From assembly GCA_964009845.1 (NCBI GenBank), contig CAXGIQ010000003.1, forward strand, positions 1-39,071: a DNA stretch of 39,071 nucleotides, given 5' to 3'. The stretch's first letter is position 1, and each line of letters begins with the position of its first letter. The notes below the pieces were generated by a model. That model saw only the letters and a program-made list of their open reading frames with translations, did not search any database and was not told the DNA's origin. The DNA comes from an uncultured Flavobacteriales bacterium (GTDB lineage: Bacteria > Bacteroidota > Bacteroidia > Flavobacteriales > UBA7312). Of the stretch, positions 8,594-21,000 are shown piece by piece. The translations under genes and the position numbers were made by a program.

Positions 8594-9793
8594 TTATAGT
8601 GTTCTTCCTGGATAAACTTTCAAAGCCTCCTCTAAACATTTAACTGCCTTTTGCAATGATTCTTTGTTCAGAACATACGCAATTCGAACTTGCTTAGTTC
8701 CTGTGTTTGGGGTAGAATAAAATCCTGCAGCTGGCGCTACCATAATGGTTGCCCCTTCATAAGCGAAATCTTCCAACAGCCATTGTGCAAATTTGTCGGC
8801 ATCATCTACAGGTAGTTCGGCAATACAATAAAAAGCTCCTTTTGGCTTTGGGCAAACTACACCTTCAATTTTATTAAGCCCATCAATCAGTAAATCTCTA
8901 CGATTCACATACTCAGCACTTACTTCTTCAAAATAAGAAATAGGGGTGTTAAGAGCAGCTTCTCCAGCAACCTGTCCGAAAGTAGGAGGGGATAAACGCG
9001 CTTGTGCAAATTTCAAAGCGGTACCCATTACTTCTTGGTTTTTAGAAACGATACACCCTACACGAATTCCACACATAGAGTAACGCTTAGAAGTAGAATC
9101 GATAACAATGGCATTTTTTTCTAAACCTTCCATATTCAATACAGAATGGTGTTGGTTCCCATCATAGCAAAACTCTCGGTACACCTCATCAGCAAATAAG
9201 AATAGATCGTGTTTAATAACAATGTCTTTAAGTGTTTCTAATTCTTCTTTAGAATATAAATAGCCTGTTGGATTTCCAGGATTACAAATTAGAATAGCTT
9301 TTGTTTTTGGAGTGATTAGTTTTTCAAACTCTTCAATAGCAGGTAGTGCAAATCCATTGTTGATGTTGGTGGCAATAGGTTTAACAGTAATTCCAGCTGA
9401 AATAGAAAATCCGTTGTAATTGGCATAAAACGGTTCAGGAATGATGATTTCATCACCTGGATCTAAACAACTATTCAAACCAAACAAAAGTGCTTCTGAC
9501 CCACCTGTGGTTACCATGATATTCTCATGGTTAATGTCAATACCTAAATTTTGATAGTATGAAGCGAGCCCTTTGCGATAGCTTTCGAAACCACCGGAAT
9601 GGCTATATTCAACAACCTTATCGCTAAAATTATGAATAGCTTCTAATGCTACTTCAGGTGTTTTAATGTCTGGTTGACCAATATTGAGGTGAAAAACAGT
9701 TTTGCCTTCTTTTTTAGCTGCTTCAGCAAACGGCACCAATTTACGAATTGGTGATTCTGGCATTCGTATCCCTTTGTTTGATATTCTTGGCAT
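8594..9793 (-). CDS. PLP-dependent class I/II (aspartate-type) aminotransferase
   Basis: HLNIGQPD, TTGGSEAL, CNPGNPTG, DEVY, STSKRYSMCGIRVG (PLP Lys), VRIAY. Confidence 0.93.
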   Translation of the reverse strand: MPRISNKGIRMPESPIRKLVPFAEAAKKEGKTVFHLNIGQPDIKTPEVALEAIHNFSDKVVEYSHSGGFESYRKGLASYYQNLGIDINHENIMVTTGGSEALLFGLNSCLDPGDEIIIPEPFYANYNGFSISAGITVKPIATNINNGFALPAIEEFEKLITPKTKAILICNPGNPTGYLYSKEELETLKDIVIKHDLFLFADEVYREFCYDGNQHHSVLNMEGLEKNAIVIDSTSKRYSMCGIRVGCIVSKNQEVMGTALKFAQARLSPPTFGQVAGEAALNTPISYFEEVSAEYVNRRDLLIDGLNKIEGVVCPKPKGAFYCIAELPVDDADKFAQWLLEDFAYEGATIMVAPAAGFYSTPNTGTKQVRIAYVLNKESLQKAVKCLEEALKVYPGRTL

Positions 9794-9809
9794 AATGATT
9801 TAGTTTGAT

Positions 9810-9837
9810 AAAAAAACACCCCCAATTTTGGGGGTGT
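9810..9837 (-). terminator. Intrinsic terminator after DUF1573 gene
   Basis: ACACCCCCAA / TTGGGGGTGT 10-bp inverted repeat, followed on the minus strand by a T-run. Confidence 0.75.
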
Positions 9838-9862
9838 AAAGGTCGTAAAAAACGATTAATTT

Positions 9863-10303
9863 TTAGTTAACTTCAACAGGAGATCCTGTTTTAGGTTTGC
9901 TAGGAGCAACAGGCGCTTCAGCTGGCTTATTTATTTCACCTTTAATAGTTAAGATTTTACTTTTCTCTGCAGTATTGGTAGAGAGAGTGATCGTTTTAGT
10001 GAATTTTCCAACTCTTTTAGTGTCATACTTTACACCTATAGTGCCACTTGCACCTGGAGCAATAGGTTCTTTTGGCCAAGTAGGAACTGTACATCCACAA
10101 GATCCTCTAGCGTTTGATATAATTAAAGGTGCATCTCCAGTATTAGTAAATACAAACGCTCTAGCTCCATCGGCTTTATGCTCTATTGTTCCATAATCCA
10201 TTACCGTAGATTCAAAAGTCATTTGAGGACCTCCTGTAGTTTCTTGCGCTTGTGTTGTAACAGCGCCAATCATCAATGCAATTGCAAGTATTACTTTCTT
10301 CAT
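9863..10303 (-). CDS. DUF1573 domain-containing exported protein
   Basis: FTNTGDAPLII..ARGSCGCTVPTWPKEPIAPG..G.I.VKYDT. Signal peptide ...TQA-Q. Confidence 0.9.
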   Translation of the reverse strand: MKKVILAIALMIGAVTTQAQETTGGPQMTFESTVMDYGTIEHKADGARAFVFTNTGDAPLIISNARGSCGCTVPTWPKEPIAPGASGTIGVKYDTKRVGKFTKTITLSTNTAEKSKILTIKGEINKPAEAPVAPSKPKTGSPVEVN

Positions 10304-10339
10304 TGTCTTAAATCATTATTAATTTTTCAATAAGAACAA

Positions 10340-10416
10340 CAAATGTAGCAATTTATTGTTTGCCATTCAATTGCTGATTTATATGGAATGTTATTAGGGG
10401 TAAATTAGTAAATTTG
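10340..10416. promoter_or_regulatory. Divergent -7 boxes: TACATTTG (minus, 10340-10347, DUF1573) and TAAATTTG (plus, 10409-10416, valS)
   Basis: Two exact TAnnTTTG matches, each oriented toward a flanking gene. Confidence 0.6.
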
Positions 10417-10445
10417 CCTCTTGATTTTTAATTGAACAATTTGCA

Positions 10446-13055
10446 ATGAGCATTGCTAAAACATACGAACCAAAGAAAGTAGAAGATAAGTGGTATTCGC
10501 ATTGGATGGAAAAAGGATATTTTCATTCTACTCCAGACGAACGAGAGCCTTATACCATTGTAATACCTCCTCCTAATGTAACAGGAGTGTTACATATGGG
10601 TCATATGCTGAATAATACTTTGCAGGATGTATTGATTCGTAGAGCTCGTATGCAAGGGTTCAATGCTTGTTGGGTTCCTGGAACGGATCATGCATCTATT
10701 GCTACAGAAGCTAAGGTGGTGCAAAAATTAGCCAAAGAAGGAATTGATAAATCTTCTTTATCTAGAGATGAGTTTTTACAACATGCTTGGGAATGGAAAG
10801 AGAAGCATGGAGGAATTATACTAGAACAGCTTAAGAAGTTAGGAGCTTCTTGCGATTGGGAACGCACTAAGTTCACTATGGATAAGGATATGAGTGCTGC
10901 TGTTATCAATGTGTTTGTGGACCTTCATCAAAAGGGACTTATCTATAGAGGTGTTCGAATGGTAAATTGGGATCCTTCTGCACAAACAGCACTTTCTGAT
11001 GAGGAGGTAACCCATAAGGAAGTGAATTCTAAATTATACCATATTGCTTATGATATTGAAGGTAGCGATGAAAAACTAACAATTGCTACTACTCGTCCAG
11101 AAACTATTTTAGGAGACTCTGCAATCTGTGTGAACCCAAATGACGAACGATATAAACACTTGAAAGGAGTAAAAGCCATTGTTCCGCTAATCGGTCGAAG
11201 CATACCAGTTATTTTTGATGAGTATGTAGATATGGAATTTGGTACTGGAGCCTTGAAGATTACTCCTGCTCATGATATAAACGATTATCAACTAGGGGAT
11301 AAGCACTCATTAGAAACCATTGATATTTTAAATGATGATGGAACACTTGGTGAAGCGGCTCAACTTTATGTGGGACAAGATCGATTTGAGGTAAGAAAAC
11401 AAATTGCCAAGGACTTAGATGCAAAAGGGTATTTAGTAAAAACGGAAGATTACCAAAATAAAGTTGGTTTTTCTGAAAGAACAGATGCTGTTATTGAACC
11501 AAAGCTATCTATGCAATGGTTTTTCAAAATGGAAGAATTTTCTAGGCCTGCTTTGGATAGTGTGATGAATGACAACATTCATTTTCATCCAGCTAAGTTT
11601 AAAAATACTTACCGCCATTGGATGGAAAACATCAAGGATTGGTGTGTTTCTCGTCAGCTTTGGTGGGGACAGCGTATACCTGCCTATTTCTATGATGGAA
11701 ATAAGTATGTAGTAGCAGAAACAGTAGCAGAAGCATTGAAGCTAGCTCAAGCAGAAAAACCAGGTGTAAGCATGGAAGATTTGCGACAAGATGAGGACGT
11801 GTTAGATACTTGGTTTTCTTCTTGGTTGTGGCCTATCTCTGTTTTTGATGGTATTAAAAACCCTGACAATGAAGAAATAAATTACTACTATCCAACCAAT
11901 GATTTAGTAACAGCGCCAGAAATTTTATTTTTCTGGGTAGCGCGTATGATCATGGCCGGTTATGAGTATAAAGAAGATATGCCTTTTAAGAATGTATATT
12001 TAACAGGTATAGTACGCGATAAGCAAGGGCGTAAAATGTCCAAATCTTTAGGAAACTCACCAGACCCTATAGAGCTAATGGAGAAATACGGAGCAGATGG
12101 TGTGCGTGTTGGAATGTTGCTTTGTTCACCTGCAGGAAACGATTTACCTTTTGATGAAGGCCTGTGTGAACAAGGAAGGAATTTCTCGAATAAAATTTGG
12201 AATGCATTTCGTTTAATAAAAGGATGGGAGGCAGTAGACATAGCACAACCAGAGTCGGCAAAAGTGGCCATTGAGTGGTTTCAACAAAAACTGAATAAAA
12301 CCATTATAGAGATAGATGCTTCTTACAGTCAATATAGAATATCGGAAGCATTGATGAGTACCTATAAATTAGTGTGGGATGATTTCTGCTCTTGGTATTT
12401 AGAAATGGTAAAGCCGGCTTATCAAAAGCCAATAGACCAAGCAACTTTGACTGCGACTATTGAGTTTTTGGAAGATTTGCTAATACTACTTCACCCATTC
12501 ATGCCATTTTTAACAGAAGAGGTGTGGCATGCTATTAAAGAAAGAACAGATGACATTATTGTAGCTAGTTGGCCACAGACCAATACCATCAACAATCAAG
12601 TATTAACAGATTTTGAAGTAGCTGCTGAGGTTATTTCTGGAATTAGAAATATTCGAAAACAAAAGAATATTGCCAACAAGGAAGTGCTTGATTTTTCTGT
12701 AAAAACAAATGTCTCATTAAATACTGCTTTCGATTCGGTTATCGCTAAGCTAGGTAACCTTTCTAGCATTAATTATGTAGATGAAAAAGTAGAAGGAGCT
12801 TTCTCTTTCTTGGTAAAATCCAATGAGTATTTTATTCCTTTAGGAGCCATTATTGATGTAGAAGCAGAGCTAGATAAACTACAAAAAGAATTGGATTACA
12901 CCAAAGGGTTTTTAAAATCGGTAGAAGGGAAGTTAAAAAACGAAAGATTTGTAAACAATGCACCAGAGCAAGTTGTTGCTGTAGAGCGCAAAAAACAAGC
13001 CGATGCACTATCTAAAATTACTGTTTTAGAAGAGCAGATATCTGCCTTAAGTTAA
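10446..13055 (+). CDS. valS: Valine--tRNA ligase
   Basis: [13 protein letters not shown] (HIGH), [24 protein letters not shown], and a C-terminal coiled coil FVNNAP. Confidence 0.99.
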   Translation: MSIAKTYEPKKVEDKWYSHWMEKGYFHSTPDEREPYTIVIPPPNVTGVLHMGHMLNNTLQDVLIRRARMQGFNACWVPGTDHASIATEAKVVQKLAKEGIDKSSLSRDEFLQHAWEWKEKHGGIILEQLKKLGASCDWERTKFTMDKDMSAAVINVFVDLHQKGLIYRGVRMVNWDPSAQTALSDEEVTHKEVNSKLYHIAYDIEGSDEKLTIATTRPETILGDSAICVNPNDERYKHLKGVKAIVPLIGRSIPVIFDEYVDMEFGTGALKITPAHDINDYQLGDKHSLETIDILNDDGTLGEAAQLYVGQDRFEVRKQIAKDLDAKGYLVKTEDYQNKVGFSERTDAVIEPKLSMQWFFKMEEFSRPALDSVMNDNIHFHPAKFKNTYRHWMENIKDWCVSRQLWWGQRIPAYFYDGNKYVVAETVAEALKLAQAEKPGVSMEDLRQDEDVLDTWFSSWLWPISVFDGIKNPDNEEINYYYPTNDLVTAPEILFFWVARMIMAGYEYKEDMPFKNVYLTGIVRDKQGRKMSKSLGNSPDPIELMEKYGADGVRVGMLLCSPAGNDLPFDEGLCEQGRNFSNKIWNAFRLIKGWEAVDIAQPESAKVAIEWFQQKLNKTIIEIDASYSQYRISEALMSTYKLVWDDFCSWYLEMVKPAYQKPIDQATLTATIEFLEDLLILLHPFMPFLTEEVWHAIKERTDDIIVASWPQTNTINNQVLTDFEVAAEVISGIRNIRKQKNIANKEVLDFSVKTNVSLNTAFDSVIAKLGNLSSINYVDEKVEGAFSFLVKSNEYFIPLGAIIDVEAELDKLQKELDYTKGFLKSVEGKLKNERFVNNAPEQVVAVERKKQADALSKITVLEEQISALS

Positions 13056-13792
13056 TGCGAAATGTACTCTTGTTTATATTATTGCCATTTTGTTCCTTCG
13101 GACAAATAATCAATGTAGAAAACAAGCGTTTGTCTGATGATAAGGATGGTTTTGTAGGGACTTTTGATTTAGGTTTAAATCTCATTAAAAACACAGCTCA
13201 AATATTGCAGTTTAACAACAATGTACACTTGCAATACAGTAAAGAGAATCATACTTATTTGTTGCTGAATGATATTTCTTTTGTGCAAAAAGAAGGAGAG
13301 GAAGATTGGCTGAATAAAGGGTATCAGCATGTTAGATACATCTATCAACATAAGAAGCTAGGATTTGAAGGCTTTATACAGCACCAATATGATAAAGCGC
13401 AAAAGATACAGTATAGGGTGTTATCAGGTGTGGGTGCTCGTTGGCAATTGGTTAAAAATGATTCCTTGCAGTTTGCGATGGGATTTTCTACCATGAATGA
13501 GTATGAAAATCCTGTAGATGCAGATTCTTTTGTGCAAATTCGGTTGAACCACTATCTTAGTTTTGCTTTTCAGGTTAATGAGAATATTAGCCTAAGTACT
13601 ACGAATTATTACCAACCCCTTTTAACCACTTGGAGCGACTATAGAATGAGCTCGCAAACAGCTTTGAAATTAGTTCTTAACAAACAATTTGAGTTTAAAA
13701 TAGCAGGTAATGTTACTTATGATAGTAAACCTGCGGAATCAGTGCCACTACTCAATTACCATGTTGTAAATGGAGTATCTTATATATTTTAA
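13055..13792 (+). CDS. DUF481-like outer-membrane beta-barrel protein
   Basis: Signal peptide ...SFG-QIINVE, amphipathic strands, YYQP, YDSKP, terminal Phe. TAATG overlap with valS. Confidence 0.75.
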   Translation: MRNVLLFILLPFCSFGQIINVENKRLSDDKDGFVGTFDLGLNLIKNTAQILQFNNNVHLQYSKENHTYLLLNDISFVQKEGEEDWLNKGYQHVRYIYQHKKLGFEGFIQHQYDKAQKIQYRVLSGVGARWQLVKNDSLQFAMGFSTMNEYENPVDADSFVQIRLNHYLSFAFQVNENISLSTTNYYQPLLTTWSDYRMSSQTALKLVLNKQFEFKIAGNVTYDSKPAESVPLLNYHVVNGVSYIF

Positions 13793-13797
13793 AAAGC

Positions 13798-13824
13798 AAG
13801 CACCGATTTATTCGGGCTTTTTTT
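13798..13824 (+). terminator. Imperfect intrinsic terminator after valS-DUF481
   Basis: AAGC(A)CCGA-TTTAT-TCGGGCTT followed by a T-run, between convergent genes. Confidence 0.5.
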
Positions 13825-16588
13825 ATTGTACTATTAGTTTTTGAGTATACTGTTCTTGTTTGCTAGTAAGTATGATGTAGTAAATGCCTTTAGGCCAATT
13901 ACTATTGTCTATTTGTGTTTGTTGGTTTTGTGTTTTTTGTTCCCACACAATTTTACCCATAGCATCCGCAACTATTAGAGTGTGTATGTCTTTATTTTCC
14001 CACTTGACAGTTGTGTAGCTAGTAGATGGGTTCGGATAAACACTAAAAAACTGTTGGTTGGGTAACTCTGTAATACTTGTTGGGTATATGTCATTTAAAC
14101 TGCTAATAGTAGCTGAGTATATGCCTGTTCCATGTGTTCCTACAAGAAGTTTGCCATCCGCTTCTCTAAATTGGATATTTTCTATCACTACATTGCCAAT
14201 TTCTTGTGTCCCAATTTGTGTCCATTTAGTGGTTTCTTGCATGCTAATTCCAGAATATGGATCTAGTTCACTGGTAGCGTAAAGTCCTGTTGATGTTCCT
14301 ACAATATATAAGGTTTCTCCACTGGCAAGATGAGCTATTGCAGCTGTTCTGCATGAAGGACCATCGCCTGTTCCGGTATAAAAACCTGATGCATTGGGTT
14401 CTTCTAAGTTTCCTGAGATATTACCCCAAGTACTTCCGTTGTCTGAGGAGAAGAACAAGCTGTTTTTATTATAGTTGGAGAATACCACAATTACATTGCT
14501 TGCATCTTGTGGGTCTATACAAATTCCTGTTACATATCCACCGCTAGGAAATCCATTATCTGTTACTTCTACATGACCTGGGTTTCCTTCATGTGCATTA
14601 TATATTCTAAACAATCGTCCATCATCTGTTCCATAGTAAACAGTGTTAGCAGGCACTGTTGATACAGCTACTGCGGTGATATTGTCATTGTAAGCTAAAG
14701 AATCTGCAAATGCCTCCCATCCAAAATCACTTCTTTCGTGCGAATTCTTATATGGGAAATTTCCAGCATCATTGTTTCTCCACAATACATTTCCTTCTGG
14801 AAAATAAAGAATGTTATCGTTATTTGGATCCATGGCTAAATAGTTGATAAATCCGTAGTCGAAAGTATCTGCGCTTAAAGGATCCATCCTGTTATAAGCT
14901 TGTATTTCTCCAGTATTGTTTAGTTGCATTTTATACAATACTCCTCTTTGTATTTGGATATAAAAATCTTCTTTGTTGTCAGCAATAGCACTATAAGAGC
15001 CATCACCATTGAAAGGCATAGTCCAATCGGCTGTGTTGTCTTCACTAAATGTTACAAAATTTCCGTTATCTTGGAATCCTCCTAAAATTAAGGGGTCATT
15101 AGCTTCTTTACTCATTGTTACAGCGTACAATTGAGTAGTTTGGTATCCATTATTTAGTCGTTCCCAAACATGTGGTGTTGCCTTGCAATCGTTCGATTTA
15201 TAAACCCCTCCGTCCGTTGCGCTTAAAATAACATCTGGATTGGATGGTAAAAACAATAAATCATGTTGGTCTGGGTGGTGTGTGTCATATATGTCCCAAT
15301 TTCCATTTCCGTGTGCCGATCCCTCAAAGTATCCTCCTATTTGAGTGATGTTAGAATCAGAAGTGAATCCATCTGTTGACCTCCATAGATTTGTTCCTCC
15401 AATAAAGACAATATTTGGTTCGTCTGGTTTTACTTTTACTAATAAATCGTATCCTCCTTGTGCATTAAAATTGTCAAATGGAAGCCCACCTGCTGGAATA
15501 TTTTCATGTAATGCTTCCCAAGTTCCACAAGTGTCAGATCCATCACCACAAATGTAGGTGTATTTCCAAAAGGATGTCCAAGTGTCACCATTGAAAAATA
15601 CTTCTGAATACTGTCCATATCCTTCGGTTTCAGAAGTTAAAAAGTAAACTTCATTTTCGTTTGATGGGTTAATACCAATGGCAGTTCTTCCGTATACAGT
15701 AGGGAAGTCATCTGGTATAATATTAGTCCAATCTGTTCCGTTGTCCGATCTCCATATACCTTTATCTGTTCCATCAGAGCTCAATGTAGCATAAACTACT
15801 CCTTCGGTGGTAACTTCTACATTGTTGTAATATGCGCTACCGCCACCTAATTGCATTTCCCAAGAGCTTCCTCCATCTATAGAACGGTGGATAGATCCAT
15901 AAATAGCAGCATATAACTCATCTTCCTCAGAATTAGAGGGGTCTAAAGCTATATTCCATACAAAGTCCCAAGGGTTAAACGCTCCTGCAGCTAAATTGTC
16001 GGCTGTAAAAGGAATAGAATCCCAACTAACTCCACCATCTGTCGATTTGTAAATTCCATTTCCATCAAAGTATGCGTCACCTCCACCAGCAGAAGAGCCA
16101 GTTAACTCACCAGTTCCGTGATACCATATATGTTCTTTTCCAGCTCTAGTGTCCTGATCAATACAGGTAACATTGTGTAGCTGAAAAGGGTTTGTCATTT
16201 TCTCCCAACTTTCCCCTTGATTAGTAGAGCGCCACACTCCTCCTGAAGCACCTCCAGCGAGTAAAATGTTCTCATCGGTGCAGTCAAATGCCAAAGCTCT
16301 AGTTCTACCTCCGACATTATAAGGTCCTTCTGCACGCCATTCAAGACTTGAATTGTTTATATCGTTGGGTAAGCTTTGAGCAAACTTTAATTCTCGGCTA
16401 TGTATATTGTTTGGTACTTTTCCTGTACTTGGATCTAATAATCTTTTAGCATCCCAAGACTTTCTTCCACCCGGCGCTTCACCTGGTTTTCTAAATCCAT
16501 CATGAAAATTCATCTCTTGACTTGGTGATACTAGAATAAGGGCGATTGCTGTGATATTAGCTGCTAATAAAAAATATAACTTCTTCAT
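13823..16588 (-). CDS. Secreted BNR/Asp-box beta-propeller protein with T9SS type A sorting domain
   Basis: GPYNVGGRTRA, repeated Asp-boxes (RSTNQGESW, KSTDGGVSW, RSIDGGSSW, SSDNGSTW), HPDQH, GTHGTG. C-terminal VYPNP...GK.V...KGIYY...KLIVQ. Confidence 0.88.
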   Translation of the reverse strand: MKKLYFLLAANITAIALILVSPSQEMNFHDGFRKPGEAPGGRKSWDAKRLLDPSTGKVPNNIHSRELKFAQSLPNDINNSSLEWRAEGPYNVGGRTRALAFDCTDENILLAGGASGGVWRSTNQGESWEKMTNPFQLHNVTCIDQDTRAGKEHIWYHGTGELTGSSAGGGDAYFDGNGIYKSTDGGVSWDSIPFTADNLAAGAFNPWDFVWNIALDPSNSEEDELYAAIYGSIHRSIDGGSSWEMQLGGGSAYYNNVEVTTEGVVYATLSSDGTDKGIWRSDNGTDWTNIIPDDFPTVYGRTAIGINPSNENEVYFLTSETEGYGQYSEVFFNGDTWTSFWKYTYICGDGSDTCGTWEALHENIPAGGLPFDNFNAQGGYDLLVKVKPDEPNIVFIGGTNLWRSTDGFTSDSNITQIGGYFEGSAHGNGNWDIYDTHHPDQHDLLFLPSNPDVILSATDGGVYKSNDCKATPHVWERLNNGYQTTQLYAVTMSKEANDPLILGGFQDNGNFVTFSEDNTADWTMPFNGDGSYSAIADNKEDFYIQIQRGVLYKMQLNNTGEIQAYNRMDPLSADTFDYGFINYLAMDPNNDNILYFPEGNVLWRNNDAGNFPYKNSHERSDFGWEAFADSLAYNDNITAVAVSTVPANTVYYGTDDGRLFRIYNAHEGNPGHVEVTDNGFPSGGYVTGICIDPQDASNVIVVFSNYNKNSLFFSSDNGSTWGNISGNLEEPNASGFYTGTGDGPSCRTAAIAHLASGETLYIVGTSTGLYATSELDPYSGISMQETTKWTQIGTQEIGNVVIENIQFREADGKLLVGTHGTGIYSATISSLNDIYPTSITELPNQQFFSVYPNPSTSYTTVKWENKDIHTLIVADAMGKIVWEQKTQNQQTQIDNSNWPKGIYYIILTSKQEQYTQKLIVQ

Positions 16589-16614
16589 ATTGTTTTTAAA
16601 ATAGGAGGTCTAAA

Positions 16615-17943
16615 TTAAAAATTCTTAACTAGTTCGTATGATTTTAAAACTCGATCACTTACAGATATACCTTGTATATAATTGCTCAAAAAATAAAAAC
16701 CTTGGTGAGCGGTTTGGTATTTTTCAAGGCAGTTAACTAAACCTTGATGTTCTAAACTATATTGAGGGATTGCCTTTTTGTATCTTATATGCTTAATGAA
16801 ACTAGGTGCCCCGTCGATGTTAAGAATTTCAGATATTTCCTTGAGCAAAATTTTTCGTAGCTCAGTAGGTTTCTTTTGGCATAATTCCGATTGACGACTT
16901 CCTCCTATAATAAGTGTAAATAGTTCTTTATCTTTAGGAGCAGTATGTGGAAAAATTTGACTGTTAAAAAGTATACCTAAAAAGTGTTTTTTGTCAGTTT
17001 CCTTGGTTAACAAGCCGAATCCTGTAACTTGTTTTTTAACATGTTTTTTGTCGAACCCAAAATGAAAAATATCTATAGGGACATATTCTAAATCTTGAAG
17101 TTTTTCTTTTAGACTACTTTCCCTTATTAGTTTTGATGTGACACCAGCTGGCAATGTGCAGATAACTTGTTCGCATTCAAACACTCCTTTATTTGTGTGT
17201 ATTGAAAAAACAGTATTTGTTTTTTCAATCATTTCAACTTTAGTGTTGAGGTGTAGTTTGTCACCTAAATTTTTTCCTATACAATCTGTTAGCTGGCCTA
17301 ATCCATTTGGTAGTGTGAACATTTTAACCTTGGGTAAACCGTCCTTTTGTTGTTCTTTTAAGTTTTTTTGAAATCCCTTGAACACACTTCCATTTTTTTG
17401 TTCCATTTCCCAAAGTGATTTGAGCGCATGTTTAACACTCATTTTTTCTGGATTTCCAGCATAAATTCCTGTCACAAATGGAAGGATCAATTGCTCATAA
17501 AATCCTGCTCCAAATCGGTTTTTAGAAAATGAAGCAACACTAGTATCATTCTTATGTTTTTTGACAAATGGTTCGTTTAATAAAAGTAGTTTGTCGCTCA
17601 ATCTCAATAAAGGAGTAACGAAAAATTGCCATGCACTAGTAGGAATCTTTTGTAATTTGTTTTTATGAAGTACATATCGATTATTTGCAGCACTCTCTTG
17701 AGGTTTACAAAGCTCTTTCTCTAAATTTAGATCTTTTAAAAGTGCTATAAGTGCTGTGTTGTTTAAGAGTACTGTATTTGGCCCATTTTCACATATATAT
17801 CCCTCGATTTTCTCGGAGTTAATCCATCCGCCAACTCGATTATTTCCTTCTAAAATGACAAAATCATCACTCTTTTTAGATAAGAAATGAGCAGCACTTA
17901 ATCCACTGATTCCTGCACCTAATATGATAGTCTTTTTCTTCAT
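16615..17943 (-). CDS. hemG: FAD-dependent protoporphyrinogen oxidase (HemY-type)
   Basis: [12 protein letters not shown] (FAD), [34 protein letters not shown]. Start reassigned to ATG 17943 ([11 protein letters not shown]). Confidence 0.9.
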   Translation of the reverse strand: MKKKTIILGAGISGLSAAHFLSKKSDDFVILEGNNRVGGWINSEKIEGYICENGPNTVLLNNTALIALLKDLNLEKELCKPQESAANNRYVLHKNKLQKIPTSAWQFFVTPLLRLSDKLLLLNEPFVKKHKNDTSVASFSKNRFGAGFYEQLILPFVTGIYAGNPEKMSVKHALKSLWEMEQKNGSVFKGFQKNLKEQQKDGLPKVKMFTLPNGLGQLTDCIGKNLGDKLHLNTKVEMIEKTNTVFSIHTNKGVFECEQVICTLPAGVTSKLIRESSLKEKLQDLEYVPIDIFHFGFDKKHVKKQVTGFGLLTKETDKKHFLGILFNSQIFPHTAPKDKELFTLIIGGSRQSELCQKKPTELRKILLKEISEILNIDGAPSFIKHIRYKKAIPQYSLEHQGLVNCLEKYQTAHQGFYFLSNYIQGISVSDRVLKSYELVKNF

Positions 17944-17954
17944 TTTTATCCTCA

Positions 17955-17996
17955 CAAATTTATACAAAAATCAAAGGTGATAATCTCTTATATTTG
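17955..17996. promoter_or_regulatory. Back-to-back -7 boxes: TAAATTTG (minus, 17955-17962) and TATATTTG (plus, 17989-17996)
   Basis: Two exact TAnnTTTG matches. Both lie inside the over-extended track starts, which supports ATG 17943 and ATG 18019 as the real starts. Confidence 0.65.
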
Positions 17997-18018
17997 CAGG
18001 TACAAATCTAAAGAATCA

Positions 18019-21000
18019 ATGGAACATATACTTCCGTATAAACCAACAAATAAAGTAAGGATTGTAACAGCAGCTTCTCTTTTTGATGGACATGATGCCG
18101 CAATCAATATCATGCGTAGAATCATTCAGGCAACAGGTTGTGAGGTGATTCATTTAGGGCACGACCGATCGGTAGAAGAGGTTGTTAATTGTGCAATTGA
18201 AGAGGATGCAAACGCTATTGCGATGACCTCTTATCAAGGAGGTCATACGGAGTATTTGAAATATATGTTTGACTTACTTAAAGAAAAGGGAGTGAGTCAT
18301 ATAAAGATTTTTGCCGGAGGAGGAGGTACAATTCTTCCAGAAGAAATAGAAGAGTTACATGCTTATGGAATTACGCGTATTTATCATCCAGATGATGGTA
18401 GATCGATGGGGTTACAAGGGATGGTAAATGATTTAGTTGAGAAGTCGGATTTCCCTACAGGTAAAAATGTGGGAGGTTGCTCAGACGATTTGTCGAATGT
18501 GCAAAACATTGCAAAACTTATTTCAGCGGCCGAGAATCATCCGGAAGAAGCCGAAACAGAATTAGCAAAAATCAAAGAATTAGCAGCAAAATCTAAAACT
18601 CCTGTGTTAGGGATTACAGGAACTGGTGGAGCTGGAAAGTCATCTTTAGTGGATGAGCTTGTGCGAAGATTTTTAATTGATTTTTCAGATAAGCAAATAG
18701 CTATTGTTTCTGTTGATCCTTCTAAGAGAAAGACAGGAGGAGCACTTCTGGGAGATAGAATTCGCATGAATGCCATTAAAAGTGAAAGAGTTTACATGCG
18801 CTCTTTAGCAACACGCCAAGCCAATTTGGCTTTATCGGCTCATGTAAATGATGCTTTAGATATTTTAAAGGCAGCGAACTACGATTTAGTTATTTTGGAA
18901 ACTTCTGGAATAGGTCAGTCAGATACAGAGATTTTAGAGCATTCAGATGCTTCTTTATATGTAATGACTCCAGAGTATGGAGCAGCTACACAATTGGAAA
19001 AAATTGACATGCTGGATTTTGCCAACCTTATTTCAATTAACAAATTTGACAAGCGTGGTGCATTAGATGCTTTGCGTGATGTCAAGAAACAATATCAACG
19101 CAATCATCAGCTGTTTACACAAGATGTAGATGAGATGCCTGTATTTGGGACGATTGCTTCGCAGTTTAATGACCCTGGAGCAAACTCCTTGTATAAAGCA
19201 ATCATGGATAAGGTAGTAGAGAAAACAGGAGCAGATTTACCTTCTTCTTTCGAAATTACCAAAGAAATGTCTGAAAAAATCTTTGTAATACCTTCTAAAA
19301 GAACAAGGTATTTGTCAGAAATTTCGGATAATAATCGTGCTTACGATAAGTGGTCTAGGGATCAAAAAGAAGTAGCGCAAGAATTGTATGGATTGCATAA
19401 ATCGATGGAAACAATTCAAAAATCTAGCTTGGAAGACAAGGATAGATTATTGAAAGGATTACAAGAAGCATATGCTCAAAAATTGGTCCATTTAGATCCG
19501 AAAAACAAACAACTTATTGATGATTGGAGTGATTTACAATCGGCTTATAAAGCACCTGAATATAAATTTAAAGTTCGTGATAAAGAGTTAGCAATAAAAA
19601 CACATACTAAGTCATTGTCGCATTCTGATATTCCAAAAATTTGCTTGCCAAAATATGAGGGGTGGGGAGATGTGCTACACTGGCAATTACAAGAGAATGT
19701 GCCAGGTAGATTTCCATATACAGCTGGTTTGTTTCCGTTTAAAAGAGAAGGTGAAGATCCTACTAGAATGTTTGCGGGAGAAGGTGGGCCAGAAAGAACA
19801 AATAAGCGATTTCATTATGTTAGTTTAGGAATGCCTGCAAAGCGTTTATCTACTGCTTTTGATTCTGTCACGTTATATGGAAATGATCCTGATTATAGAC
19901 CGGATATTTATGGTAAAATCGGAAACTCAGGAGTTTCTATTTGTTGTTTGGATGATACTAAAAAATTATACTCTGGTTTTGATTTAAGTAATTCAACCAC
20001 ATCTGTATCTATGACAATTAACGGTCCGGCACCTATGCTGTTGGGTTATTTCATGAATGCAGCTATCGACCAAAATTGCGAAAAGTACATCATAGAAAAC
20101 GGTTTAGAAAAAGAGGTAGAAAAGAAAATCGCTGCCATCTATAAAGGCAAGGAAAGGCCAAAGTATCAAGGGGATTTGCCTGAAGGAAATGATGGCCTAG
20201 GGTTGATGCTTTTAGGTGTTACAGGAGATCAGGTGTTGCCAGCGGATGTTTACGAACAAATCAAAGCCGAGACATTAACAAAAGTGAGAGGGACTGTTCA
20301 GGCAGATATCCTAAAAGAAGACCAAGCTCAAAACACATGTATATTCTCTACAGAATTTGCTCTGCGAATGATGGGAGATGTGCAGTCGTACTTTATTGAT
20401 AAAGGAGTGCGTAACTTCTATTCTGTTTCTATTTCTGGATACCATATTGCAGAAGCAGGAGCTAATCCTATTTCACAGTTGGCATTCACTTTAGCAAATG
20501 GATTTACTTATGTAGAGTACTACTTAAGTAGAGGCATGGATATCAATAAATTTGGTCCAAACCTATCGTTCTTCTTCTCTAATGGGGTGGATCCTGAATA
20601 TGCAGTGATTGGTCGTGTAGCTAGGAGGATTTGGGCAAAAGCGATGAAGCATAAATACGGAGCTAATGAACGAGCTCAAATGCTAAAATATCATATTCAA
20701 ACTTCTGGTCGTTCATTACACGCGCAAGAAATAGATTTCAACGATATCCGTACTACGCTTCAAGCTTTGTATGCAATTTATGATAATTGTAACTCGCTGC
20801 ATACAAATGCTTATGATGAGGCGATTACTACACCTACTGAAGAGTCCGTTCGTAGAGCTATGGCTATTCAGCTTATTATCAATAAAGAGCTTGGTTTAGC
20901 AAAGAATGAAAATCCAATTCAGGGAGCATTTATTATTGAGGAGCTAACGGATTTGGTAGAAGAAGCTGTATTGACAGAATTTGATAGAATTACCGAAAGA

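Noticed and set aside
10348-10400. Sigma-54-like TGGCA...TTGC (minus strand) and TGGAAT...TTAGG (plus strand)
   Set aside because: The first has 13 nt rather than 10 nt between GG and GC, and the second lacks the -12 GC. Sigma-A boxes already explain both genes.
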